DNA from: Octopus vulgaris
Taxonomy: Eukaryota
Reading direction: 5' to 3'
Length of the DNA stretch: 64,000 nucleotides
Assembly: GCA_951406725.2 (NCBI GenBank)
Contig: OX597815.1
Location: 26,660,001-26,724,000, forward strand
Shown: positions 51,301 to 63,862 of the stretch, piece by piece
Layout of the letters: the number at the start of each line of letters is the position of its first letter
How positions within the stretch are numbered: the first letter of the stretch is position 1
Made by a program: the position numbers and the translations under genes
Notes under the pieces: generated by a model
What the model was told of the DNA's origin: nothing
The model's input: the letters and a program-made list of their open reading frames with translations, nothing else
Databases searched by the model: none

Positions 51301-54300
51301 CCATCTCAGCACAGGAGTAGCTTGTGTTGCTGCACATAGAAAATTTGAAATTTAAAAATGTTTTTACATTTTCTTAATCTCTAAGTTTCCATGTAGATTG
51401 AAAATAAAATTAAAAACAAGTTTAAAATTTTAAAAGCCTGGTTTGTTTTGCATATTCAGAATGACTGCTACCGGACACGTAGGAATCCACTGCAAAAAAA
51501 CAAAAAACCTGTAGGGTCGTACAGAGGGGTGAGGTGACAGCCCCTACCTGTATAGGCAAAGGACAAAATTTGTCATAAGCATTGATGTCAGTGGTTGATT
51601 ATGAAAACGGACGTTCTGTTTTACAGTGATGACGTTGAAATTGACCATGATGAAATCAAGATTGAGATGAAAGTTTGAGAGGAAAAACCCTATAATTTAC
51701 AATAATTGTTCTTAGCCTGGTTCCTATTTTACTGGGTAGTGTTTTATAGCAGAATATATAAGTATACTTTGTTAAAATACTCAGGTGAAAATTTGAATGT
51801 TTTATATGCCACCAGCATGAGGGCTAGTCAGGCGGTACTAGCATCGACCACACACAAATGGTGCTTTTCAAAGCACCCACTACTCTTTTGGAGTGGTTGG
51901 CCTTAGGAAGGGCATCCCCCTTTCAAGGACTGATTGCAGCCCGGTACAGCTTCATGGTTTGCCAGTCATCAATCAGACTAACGCATGGAAAGCAGGCAAT
52001 AAATGATGATGATTATGATAAATATATAAAATATTCCTATGCCATTGAAAGTTTAGGTAAACTTCCTCACTCACTTGCTCTGAATCTCTCTCTCTCTCTC
52101 ACTACACACAAAAGAGATGTGATTTCCTCACCAAAAATTGCAAAGGGAAACTGCTTAAGCGTTTCAAATTTATTCTGCCATCTGGGATTATTATACCTTA
52201 TATATATTATAGCCAGTGTTTCTAACAGGTATGAAAAGATAATTTTGTTTTAATATTTATACTTTCAGTTGTTTCATACACAAACTAACGTGTTTTTCCT
52301 CTTAGATTAATTATTCATCTGTCCACTGATTTCGGTGCCACTCTAACTTCTATAAGCTCTGCGTTTTCTCTTATTTATTTCTGACGTCTTTCAATTTAAT
52401 GTAATCCACACTCTCTTGAAAATATGTTTCTGCAAAATGTTATCTAAAAATATGGGTAGAGAGAGAAACAGCAAAAATTATTGGGATGGTGGGCTGGCCG
52501 AAGTGTTTGAGGCTTCCACCACACCTCATCCCGTCTTCCGAACCGCAAAAAACATGTTTTGTGACATATTAGTAGGTCACCAGAATTCATTCAATAAAAA
52601 GAAAAAAATTCCAGTGATTACGGGATGGGGTGTTGCTTCTCACCCAACCCTTTATTCTGAACAAAAATGAGGTGTTTGTAGCATATTAAGGGTCAAGTTA
52701 ATTAATTCCCCACAAAAAAATCGAGTTTTTTTTTTTTTTTTCTCATTGAAAATTTTGCTGCTGAAAGAATCAAAATTGACCCCAGTGTGTAGCGCCATCT
52801 ATAGGAGAAGTCATGTAATATAATTATGTAAGGGAAAACAACTCCAGCATCACTTTATCTTCGCGCCAATTAAATTATTAATTACGTTGATTAATTTCTC
52901 ATCACTGACACGTTGTTTATATCTGGATCGGGTAAGTTGAGCAAGATTTCCTTTAAGGCTGTAATCATGATAATAATACTACTAATGATAATGGAAGATA
53001 ATAGATTTATGTGAACTTCTCTCGATGTTGGAGTAATTATTTCGATGCGGGAACCTGACAACAATTAGGAAAATAGATTTGTTCGTCTGAATAACTTCCA
53101 AACTGAAATGTTAGTCTGTTGTTTATGGGAACCTATAATCCACTATTACATGTGGTATAAAGGAAATTGAGGGTAATGTTGACGTTGTTACCCAGAGAGG
53201 AAATCGAGAAAAAGAAATAGTGCAATGGGTGTAATAGAAAAAGGTGTAGAAAAGGAATCTGAAGAGAAAAATATGCAGAAAGCAATGAGGGTGAGAGGCC
53301 TTCGGAAAATTGACAAGATCCGAAGGTTTTCCCTCGTAACTTTTAGGAAAATGGGGGTTTTTTTGTAAGTGAAATTTTATATGAATACGTTTCAAACGGT
53401 ATAGGTCTTTTGTCAAGATTCATTCGTTAGTCCCCCTTTCGTTATAGCACATGCTGTTAACTATAAACACATGAAATATTATCACTTATAATTCACTTTC
53501 TTGATGCACATACATATTTCTTCTCTGCATTTGATTGGAATGTAGATAATAAAATCAATGTGGCAGTTTAAACTTGAGAAAAGCCTTGAATATTTATAAT
53601 GTGCAAGTTATAGATGCATGTATGCATTTCTGTGCATGTGTGTGTTTTCGGCTATGGTTCCTTCGTAACTGCTTCATTTGTGTATGTAAATTTCTGAATG
53701 CATTTATTAAGAAATAAAATAGTAAATTTAAATAATAAAAGAAGCATGCTAGGAAAGATCACTAATAATTGAGTCATGAATTCTTACCCTCTCTGTAGGA
53801 TTATATGAACCCTTCGAAGTTACAGTAATCACATAGAAACATTAAGAAAATATGCTTCCTTGTCTTAGATATCTCAAACATTGATGTTTCTTTTAAAGTT
53901 ATGAGTAAACGAATTTAGAGTGTAAAACATTTATGTCGTTATGCCATTCTTTCAATGCCTCAATTAACTCTGACCCCTAAAAACATTTAATAGATGACAA
54001 TGTTAAATTTTGCAACGTTGAATTAGTGTATCATCTAACTATTCTCTTTATCTTGATGTTTCTTTTCCTATTTCAGAATATCACCTTATGTTGACACACA
54101 AGAAACTTCTTCATTCAGATGTGCCTTTCATATTTTGACGTCATCTCATCAACTAAAGCAAGATGACATGATTTATCTGCAGCATTCATCAATACATCAA
54201 AATTTATATGAATACAATATTCTTCATGTCTTCACTGTTTGGAATGTAGAGGAAGTGGTTGCCTTACAGGTTAATTAAGGTGGGATAGCTTTACAAACGA

Positions 54301-54464
54301 GTTGACGATTTTCTATCAGCTCATTTAGATATTATGATCACAGATGAAAGAAAGATAGCTCCAAATTCTTTTCTAGAAAGAGTGGCAGAACTGAAAACAA
54401 AGATGTTTATAGAGATGAAGGAAACATTATTATTGTGATATGTATAATAAATTATTCTTTCACA

Positions 54465-55685
54465 ATGAATAATTTAACTGAAGCAAAAAACGATGATACA
54501 AGAGTGAAGCAATGTTTCTGTGATATTTATGGTAAATCATTCAATTATAATGGTCAGTTGACTACTCACAGACGTATCCATACAGGAGAAAAGCCATTTC
54601 ATTGTGGTATCTGTGGTAAATCATTCTCTCAAAGGAGTACCTTGACTCAACACAAAAGTGTTCATACAGGAGAGAAGCCATATCGTTGTGAAATCTGTGG
54701 TAAATCATTCTGTCGAAGCGGCGACGTGACTAGACACAAATTTACACATACAGGAGAAAAGCCATATCATTGTGGTATCTGTGGTAAATCATTCTCTCAA
54801 AGGAGTACCTTGACTCAACACAAAAGTGTTCATACAGGAGAGAAGCCATATCGTTGTGAAATCTGTGGTAAATCATTCTCTAAAAGGAGTGAATTGACTA
54901 GTCACAAACGTACACATACAGGAGAAAAGCCATATCATTGTGATATCTGTGGTAATTCATTCTCTCAAAGGAGTAGCCTCACTAAGCATAAATTTGTACA
55001 TACAGGAGAAAAGGCATATCATTGTGAAATTTGTGGTAAATCATTCTCTAAAAGGAGTAATTTGACTCGACATAAATATGTACATACAGAGGAAAAGGCA
55101 TATCATTGTGATATCTGTGGTAAATCATTCTCTCAAAGGAGTACCTTGACTCAACACAAAAGTGTTCATACAAGAGAAAAGCCATATCGTTGTGAAATCT
55201 GTGGTAAATCATTCTCTAAAAGGAGTGAATTGACTAATCACAAACGTACACATACAGGAGAAAAGCCATATCATTGTGAAATTTGTGGTAAATCATTCTC
55301 TAAAAGGAGTAATTTGACTCGGCATAAATATACACATACAGGAGAAAAGCCATATCATTGTGATATTTGTGGTAAATCGTTCTGTCGAAGCAGCGACATG
55401 ACTCAACACAAACGTGTTCATACGGGAGAAAAGCCATATCATTGTGATATCTGTGGTAAATCATTCTCTCAAACGAGTAGCTTTACTCAGCATAAATATT
55501 CACATACAGGAGAAAATGCATGTCATTGTGAAATCTGTGGTAAATTATTCTGTTCCAGGAGTACTTTGACTCGGCATAAATATACACATACAGGAGAAAA
55601 GCCATATCATTGTGATATTTGTGGTAAATCATTCTGTCGAAGCAATGACGTAACTAGACACAAATGTGCACATACAGGAGAATAG
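54465..55685 (+). CDS. C2H2 zinc-finger protein ZNF-B, 14 fingers (first has Cys>Tyr)
   Basis: Tandem fingers; acceptor at 54071-54076; TAG replaces the linker Lys codon and the frame stays open beyond it. Confidence 0.87.
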   Translation: MNNLTEAKNDDTRVKQCFCDIYGKSFNYNGQLTTHRRIHTGEKPFHCGICGKSFSQRSTLTQHKSVHTGEKPYRCEICGKSFCRSGDVTRHKFTHTGEKPYHCGICGKSFSQRSTLTQHKSVHTGEKPYRCEICGKSFSKRSELTSHKRTHTGEKPYHCDICGNSFSQRSSLTKHKFVHTGEKAYHCEICGKSFSKRSNLTRHKYVHTEEKAYHCDICGKSFSQRSTLTQHKSVHTREKPYRCEICGKSFSKRSELTNHKRTHTGEKPYHCEICGKSFSKRSNLTRHKYTHTGEKPYHCDICGKSFCRSSDMTQHKRVHTGEKPYHCDICGKSFSQTSSFTQHKYSHTGENACHCEICGKLFCSRSTLTRHKYTHTGEKPYHCDICGKSFCRSNDVTRHKCAHTGE

Positions 55686-55744
55686 CCATATCATTGTGAT
55701 ATCTGTGGTAAATCATTCTCTAAAAGGAGTAACTTGACTAAGCA

Positions 55745-56521
55745 CAGAGCATCTCTACAGAATTCTGGTAACAAAAGGATTGAAGGAAATGAATGTATTT
55801 ATTCTGAAACAAGACATATTTGGAGAACAATTCTATCAGATGACATGTGTATAAACAATGTCAGTAAAACAAATCTTGGAATCAGTCACAGTTTAATTTT
55901 GTAGAACTTCCAAATATACAATATTTTCCGTGTGTCCTTAAATTGGGATAGAAATAAAAAGAGTTTCGGGACTTCCAACTTGCGAACATCCTACATATAA
56001 TTGCACATGAAAGAGGCAAGGTTAAGTCCAAGAACCTTGAGGTTTGTTTATGAACATAGGAAAACTTAGTTTCACTGGGAACTGGAGCCATTTAAATTCA
56101 TAGGGGCGATACAATGGGACTAATGGGTTCCATGGAATGAAGACATCCTCACCTTTATATTTCCCAGTGATAATTGCTGCCTCTAGGACATGAGGTTCCA
56201 TTACTCTCACTACCATTCTGGTGCCATTGCAGAGGTGAGGTGAATCCAGATTCCTGAGCAGCATGATCGGGGCCCTTCCTTTTTAAATGTTAAATTGTGA
56301 GGTGGCATTCCAGATGCTTGTTGAGAGTTCAGGAACTCAGTTGGAAAAACCACAGCTTGGTTCTGATCAATGAATGTTGATGGATTTGAAAGACAGCTTC
56401 AAGAGATGCCAATTCATTTTGTCGACAGCATTATTATATGGAGCTAATTCTCATAGCCATTTACCGTTGCTAAAGTTTTGTGCAATGTTTGGAAACAAAA
56501 ATTTTCAGATTATTGAGAGTT
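55745..56521 (-). mobile_element. Helitron helicase fragment, copy B
   Basis: ORF 56022-56264, near-identical to copy A. Confidence 0.88.
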
Positions 56522-56606
56522 GGTGAAACCTGTGGTAAATCATTCCTTCCAAGGAGTAATTCGACTCGGCACAAACACACACACGGGAGAAAAGCCATAT
56601 CATTGG
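56522..56606 (+). pseudogene. Orphaned zinc finger downstream of the Helitron fragment (also 62474-62560)
   Basis: [26 protein letters not shown]. Confidence 0.75.
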
Positions 56607-57846
56607 AAGTTTAAAGAATGTTAACCCTTCTGATACCAACCCGGCTGGCACCCCTCTGACTTTGCTGTAAAAATGTCTTGTTATCTTAAGTTTCGAATTG
56701 AAATTTTCTACCAAACCTTAGTCATAATTTATGATCCTGAAACTAGGTTAATGATAACCACCAAGTTATTTTACAAACACAAACAATTGTTGCACGCACT
56801 GTTCTCATACTACAGCAGACACATGTGCATGCACTCAGACACGACACTGTGCTAGCACCCATACTTTATCCTACTGTACACATCTGTAAATAAAGTCTTC
56901 TCTCTCAAACAGTAGAACGGTTGTCTTTCTCATTATTGCTTTTGGCCCTTATTCAGTTATGTCATGTATTTGGCTTCCTTTGTTAGGGCGGCGTTAAAGG
57001 AAGAAATTTCTGTCACCAACTCCTTTCGTGTGGTCTTACTCCCTACAAGGGTTTTGTGACATATTAGTAGGTCACCGGAATTCATTCAATAAAGAAAAGA
57101 GATTCCGGGATGGGGTGTGGGGGTGCGATTTCTCACCCAACCCATTTTCTGAACAAAAATGAGGGCTTTGCAGCATATTAAGAGGTCAGGGTATTTGACT
57201 CCACACAAAAAATCCGAGTTTTTTTTTTTTTTTTTCTCATTGCAAATTTTGCGGGTGAAGGGATAAAAATTGACCCCAGTGAGTAGCCCCACATATAGGA
57301 GATGTCATGTAAGGGGAAACAACTCCAGCTGCACTTGATCTTCGCGCCAATTAAGTTATTAATTACGTTGATAATCCTTTTGAAATAATAAATTAGTCCC
57401 CCTTTCGTTATTGCACATGCTGTTAACTATAAACATATGAAATATTATCACTTATAATACACTTTCTTGATGCACATACATATTTCTGCTCTACATTTGT
57501 GTGGAATGTAGATAATAAAATCAATGTGGCAGTTTAAACTTGAGAAAAGCCTTGCATATTTATAACGCACAAGTTATAGATGCATGTGTGTGTTTTCGGC
57601 TAGGGTTCCTTCTTAACTGCTTCATTTGTGTATGTAAATTTCTAAGAAGAAAACGAGATCGATGTCAAAAAAGCTGTATTACTGATGATATTTCATGAAT
57701 TTAGTGCTGACAACACTTGCTCTCATGCTCACTGAAACTAACAAATGAATCTTGACGAGTCTGAGACGCAAAAACGCTTAAATGTCGCTTTACAAATCTG
57801 AAGAGGAACGAGAAGCTGTTAAGCATTTTGTCTGAGAAGCAAATGA

Positions 57847-58220
57847 TTCCTACAGGAGAGAAGCCATGTCAGAGTGACATCTGTGCTAAACCATTCTCTT
57901 GAAAAAAGCTACATCCATACACCTGGGTATTCACAACAATTGTAACTGTACCAATGTCAGAATTTATTAAAACATTGCAACAATGAAGTCTGTTTTGTCA
58001 GCTGTAATGCAGGGTTTTTCCCATCAATTTGAATACCATCAGTGTGAACCTCAAATCTATCGTAATCTGTAAAAATATTGACTCTGAGTTAACTTAATTG
58101 CTAAAAATGCCTGTGTTTGGATTTTGAGGAATTTGCTACAAAAGAATAATGAATAAAATATCAGAATAAAAGCTTGACTATTTTTTGTTCGTTTTGTTAC
58201 TCAATATCTAGACACTGTCT
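57847..58220 (+). repeat. Duplicate of the ZNF-0 3' tail (47305-47678)
   Basis: ATTCCTACAGGAGAGAAGCCA..GAATAATGAATAAA..TAGACACTGT is near-identical in both places. Confidence 0.88.
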
Positions 58221-60903
58221 CCTCTATACCTTAAATCTCTCAACTGGCACGATGGCACACCCGTTCAATAGCAACTGTCCACCTTCCTGTTGTGGAAATT
58301 TTTGTCACCTTGGGATTTGGTGACCCTGTTGGTGCTGATGTTACATGTCCTTACACACTGTTAAAGTGCTGCTATTAACAGTGTTATTCAAATGCCTTGT
58401 TTCTATTGGCTCCTGAAATTTATTTGTACTCTTTTAGTCATATATTCTTTTACTTGCTTCAGTCATTTGACTGAGGCCATGCTGAAGCACCACCTTCAAG
58501 GGTGTTAGTGGCAGAAATCAGTCGCAAGATTTAGTCTTTTGTAAGTCTAGTACTGATTTATATATCTACATATATTTACATGTGTATTTTTATATTATAC
58601 GTTTAGTTGTTTCATACACAAACAAACGTGCATTTCTCTTTAGATTAAATTATTTATCCTTATTTATCTCTCCACTGATTTCGGTACCACTCTAACTTCT
58701 ATAAGCTCTGCATTTTCACTTCTTTCAATTTTCAATTTAATGTCATCCACACTCTCTTGAAAACGTATTTCTGCAAAATATGGGTAAATAAAGAAACAGC
58801 AAAAAATTTTAGGGTGGCGGGGTTTGCTGAAATTTCTAATGCTTCCACCAGACCCCATCCCATTTTCCGAACCACAAATAAAGGGTTTTTGTGGCATAAT
58901 ATAAGGTCACCGGAATTCATTCAATGACACAAAGATGGTATTTCCAAAAATTCCAGGATAAGGTGAGGTTTCTCACTCACCCCAATTTCTGAACAAAAAT
59001 GAGGGGTTTGCAGCATATTAAGGGTCAAGGTATTCGATTCCACGCAAAAAACCCAAGATTTTATTTTTTTCTCATTGAAAATTTTGCGGGTGAAAGAATC
59101 AAAATTGACCCCAGTGAGTAGCGCCATCTATAGGAGAATTATGTAAGGGGAAACAACTCCAGAAGCAGTTTAGCTTCGCGCCCATTAAATTATTAATTAC
59201 GTTGATTAATTACTCATCACTGACTCGTTGTTTATATCTGGATCTGGTAAGTTGAGCAAGATTTCCTTTCAGGCTGTAATCATGATAATAATACTACTAA
59301 TGATAATGGAAGATAATAGATTTATGTGAACTTCTCTCAATGTTGGAGCAATTATTTCGAAGCGGGAACCTGACAACAATTAGGAAAATAGATTTGTTCG
59401 TCTGAATAACTTCCAAACTGAATTGTTAATCTGTTGTTTATGGGAACCTATAATCCACTGTTACATGTGGTATAAAGGAAATTAAGCGTAATGTTGACGG
59501 TGTTTCCCGGAGAGGCAATCGAGAAAAAGAAATAGTGCAACGGGTGTAAAAGAAAAAGGTGTAGAAAAGGAATCTGAAGAGAAAAATGTGCAGAAAGCAA
59601 TGAGGGTGAGAGGCCTTCGGAAAATTGACAAGATCCGAAGGTTTTCCCTCGTAACTTTTAGGGAAATGATTTTTTTGTAAGTGAAATTTTATATGAATAC
59701 GTTTCAAACGGTATAGGTCACGATTATAAAGAAATTTGTGGGGGAATTGTTTTGCGATGGGGTCAGGAGAGGACTTCGGTAAATCCGATGTTTTTCCCTC
59801 GTAACTTTGAGGAAAATATAATCCTTTTGAAATAACAAATTAAGTTTTTCCTCAGGAACTTCTATGCGAAACATCCTTTTGTCAAGATTCGTTCGTTATT
59901 GCACATGCTGTTAAATATAAACACATGAAATATTATCACTTATAATACACTTTCTTGATGCACATACATATTTGTGTGGAATGTAGATAATAAAATCAAT
60001 GTGGCAGTTTAAACTTGAGAAAAGCCTTGAATATTTATAATGTGCGAGTTATAGATGCGTGTATGCATTTCTGTGCATGTGTGTGTTTTCGGCTATGGTT
60101 CCTTCGTAACTGCTTCATTTGTGTATGTAAATTTCTGAATGCATTTATTAAGAAATAAAATAGTAAATTTAAATAATAAAAGAAGCATGCTAGGAAAGAT
60201 GACTAATAATTGAGTCATGAATTCTTACCCTCTCTGTAGGATTATATGAACCCTTCGAAGTTACAGTAATCACATAGAAACATTAAGAAAATATGCTTCC
60301 TTGTCTTAGATATCTGAAACATTGATGTTTCTTTTAAAATTATGAGTAAACGAATTTAGAGTGTAAAACATTTATGTCGTTATGCCATTCTTTCAATGCC
60401 TCAATTAACTCTGACCCCTAAAAACATTTAGTAGATGACAATGTTAAATTTTGCAACGTTGAATTAGTGTATCATCTAACTATTCTCTTTATCTTGATGT
60501 TTCTTTTCCTATTTCAGAATATCACCTTATGTTGACACTAGAAACTTCTTCATTCAGATGTGCCTTTCATATTTTGACGTCATCTCATCAACTAAAGCAA
60601 GATGACATGATTTATCTGCAGCATTCATCAATACATCAAAATTTATATGAATACAATATTCTTCATGTCTTCACTGTTTGGAATGTAGAGGAAGTGATTG
60701 CCTTACAGGTTAATTAAGGTGGGATAGCTTTACAAACGAGTTGACGATTTTCTATCAGCTCATTTAGATATTATGATCACAGATGAAAGAAAGATAGCTC
60801 CAAATTCTTTTCTAGAAAGAGTGGCAGAACTGAAAACAAAGATGTTTATAGAGATGAAGGAAACATTATTATTGTGATATGTATAATAAATTATTCTTTC
60901 ACA

Positions 60904-61839
60904 ATGAATAATTTAACTGAAGGAAAAAGCGATGATACAAGAGTGAAGCAATGTTTCTGTGATATTTGTGGTAAATCCTTCAATTATAATGGTCACTTGA
61001 CTATTCACAGACGTATCCATACAGGAGAAAAGCCATTTCATTGTGATATTTGTGGTAAATCATTCTATCGAAGCGGCGACGTGACTAGACACAAATTTAC
61101 ACATACAGGAGAAAAGCCATATCATTGTGGTATCTGTGGTAAATCATTCTCTCAACGGAGTACCTTGACTCAACACAAAAGTGTTCATACAGGAGAGAAG
61201 CCATATCGTTGTGAAATCTGTGGTAAATCATTCTCTAAAAGGAGTGAATTGACTAATCACAAACGTACACATACAGGAGAAAAACCATATCATTGTGATA
61301 TCTGTGGTAATTCATTCTCTCAAAGGAGTAGCCTCACTCAGCATAAATATGTACATACAGGAGAAAAGGCATATCATTGTGAAATTTGTGGTAAATCATT
61401 CTCTAAAAGGAGTCATTTGACTCGACATAAATATACACATACAGGAGAAAAGGCATGTCATTGTGAAATCTGTGGTAAATCATTCTCTATAAGGAGTAAC
61501 TTGACTCGGCATAAATATACACATACAGGAGAAAAGCCATATCATTGTGATATTCGTGGTAAATCATTCTGTCGAAGCAATGACGTAACTAGACACAAAC
61601 GTGCACATACAGGAGAAAAGCCATATCATTGTGATATCTGTGGTAAATCATTCTCTAAAAGGAGTAACTTGACTAAGCACAGAGCATCTCTACAGAATTC
61701 TGGTAACAAAAGGATTGAAGGAAATGAATGTATTTATTCTGAAACAAGACATATTTTGAGAACAATTCTATCAGATGACATGTGTATAAACAATGTCAGT
61801 AAAACAAATCTTGGAATCAATCACAGTTTAATTTTGTAG
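60904..61839 (+). CDS. C2H2 zinc-finger protein ZNF-C: 7 intact and 2 defective fingers, plus a C-terminus read from the antisense insert
   Basis: Finger 8 has Cys>Arg; finger 9 lacks its second His and runs into [13 protein letters not shown]...NHSLIL; acceptor at 60512-60517. Confidence 0.85.
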   Translation: MNNLTEGKSDDTRVKQCFCDICGKSFNYNGHLTIHRRIHTGEKPFHCDICGKSFYRSGDVTRHKFTHTGEKPYHCGICGKSFSQRSTLTQHKSVHTGEKPYRCEICGKSFSKRSELTNHKRTHTGEKPYHCDICGNSFSQRSSLTQHKYVHTGEKAYHCEICGKSFSKRSHLTRHKYTHTGEKACHCEICGKSFSIRSNLTRHKYTHTGEKPYHCDIRGKSFCRSNDVTRHKRAHTGEKPYHCDICGKSFSKRSNLTKHRASLQNSGNKRIEGNECIYSETRHILRTILSDDMCINNVSKTNLGINHSLIL

Positions 61840-62473
61840 AACTTCCAAATGCACAATGTTTTCAGTGTGTCCTTAAATTGGGATAGAAATAAAAAGAGTT
61901 TCGGGCGTTCCAACTTGCGAACATCCTACATATAATTGCACATGAAAGAGGCAAGGTTAAGTCCAAGAACCTTGAGGTTTGTTTATGAACATAGGAAAAC
62001 TTAGTTTCACTGGGAACTGGAGCCATTTGAATTCATAGGGGCGATAAAATGGGACTAATGGGTTCCGTGGAATGAAGACATCCTCACCTTTATATTTCCC
62101 AGTGATAATTGCTGCCTCTAGGACATGGGGTTCCATTACTCTCACTACCATTCTGGTGCCATTGCAGAGGTGAGGTGGATCCAGATTCCTTAGCAGCATA
62201 ATTGGGGCCCTTCCTTTTTAAGTGTTAAATTGTGAGGTGGCATTCTAGATGCTTGTTGAGAGTTCAGGAACTTAGTTGGAAAAACCACAGCTTGGTTCTG
62301 ATTAGTGAATGTTGATGGATTTGAATGACAATTCTTGTCCTGGCAACAGCTTCAAGAGATGCCAATTCATTTTGTCAACAGCATCATTACATGGAGCTAA
62401 TTCACATAGCCATTGACTGTTGCTAAAGTTTTGTGCAATGTTTGGAAACAAAAATTTTCAGATCATAGAGAGT
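61682..62473 (-). mobile_element. Helitron helicase fragment, copy C
   Basis: ORF 61957-62199, near-identical to copies A and B. Confidence 0.88.
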
Positions 62474-63378
62474 TGGTGAAATCTGTGGTAAATCATTCCT
62501 TCCAAGGAGTAATTCAACTCGGCACAAACATACACACACGGGAGAAAAGCCATATCATTGGAAGTTTAAAGAATGTTAACCCTTCTGGCAATCCTCTGAC
62601 TTTGATGTAAAAGTGTCTTGTTTTCTTAAGTTTTGAATTAGAATTTTCTACCAAACCTTAGTCAGAATTTATGATCCTGAAACTAGGTTAATGATAACCA
62701 CCAAGTTATTTTACAAACACAAACACTTGTTGCTCGCACTGTTCTCGTACTCCAGCGGACACATGTACATGCACTCAGACAGGACACTGTGCTAGCACCC
62801 ATACTTTCTCCTACTTTACACATCTGTAAATAAAATCTCTCAAATAGGACGGTTGTCGTCTTCATTATTGCTTTTGGCACTTTTTCAGTTATGTCATGTA
62901 TTTTTCTTCTTTTGTTGGGGCGGCCGTGCGGCGTTAAAGGGAGAAATTTCTGTCACCAACTCCTTTCGTGTGGTCTTACTCCCTACAAGGGTTTTGTGAC
63001 ATATTAGTAGGTCACCGGAATTCATTCAATAATGAAAAGAAATTACAGTGATTCCGGGATGGGCTGTGGGTGTGCGATTTCTCACCCAACCCATTTTCTA
63101 AACAAAAATAAGGGGTTTGCAGCATATTAAGAGGTCAGGGCAATTGATTCCACACAAAAAATCCGAAAATATTGAAAATATTGCAGGTGAAGGAATCAAA
63201 ATTGACCCCAGTGAGTAGCGCCACCTATAGGAGAAGTCAAGTAAAGGGACACAACTCCAGCTGCACTTGATCTTCGCGCCAATTAAATTATTAATTACGT
63301 TGATTAATTTCTCATCATTGACTCGTTTATATCTCGATCGGGTAAGTTGAGCAAGATTTCCTTTAAGGCTGTAATCAT

Positions 63379-63860
63379 GGGTACTTGTCAATTGTCGTGG
63401 TCCCGGTTTTGCACACGCGAATTCGCGCGCGCGCGCGCGTCAGACGTAGGTACTCGATACTCGAGATCCTACGAGGTGACTTGCGCAGTGCAGAATTCGC
63501 GCGTGCGCGTTAAACCCCCCCTAAAAAAAAAGGTGTTGGATTTCACTAAAAATATATATGTGTGTGTGTGTGTATATAACATTTTCAATTTTACACAAAA
63601 AAATTACATAGTCGCTTTCCTCGCGGATTTACAGAGAAATGAATTAATTACTATTTTACAGAATAAAATTAATGAATTAATTATATAAATTAAATAATTC
63701 TTGAAAATTAATTAATATTAATAATATTTTTTGAACAAAGTAAATAATTTATAAAACTTGGTTAATAATTTTTTTTACACAAACGCGAACGTATATAATT
63801 TGTGAAACTTTTTTTTTTTTACAGACGTATATAATTTGGTAAACTTAATGAATTAATTTC
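63379..63860. mobile_element. CpG-rich putative DNA element truncating the last duplicated unit
   Basis: Homology to the unit stops abruptly at GTAATCAT; the new sequence begins GGGTACTTGTC..GTGGTCCCGGT, similar to 44330. Confidence 0.45.
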
Positions 63861-63862
63861 TT

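Larger units (their letters stand above)
47680..63378 (+). repeat. Tandem segmental duplication of a ZNF unit (3 complete copies plus 2 upstream remnants)
   Basis: Near-identical blocks start at ~47680, ~52530, ~57050 (truncated), ~58860 and ~62990 (truncated); ZNF ATGs at 49728, 54465 and 60904. Confidence 0.92.
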
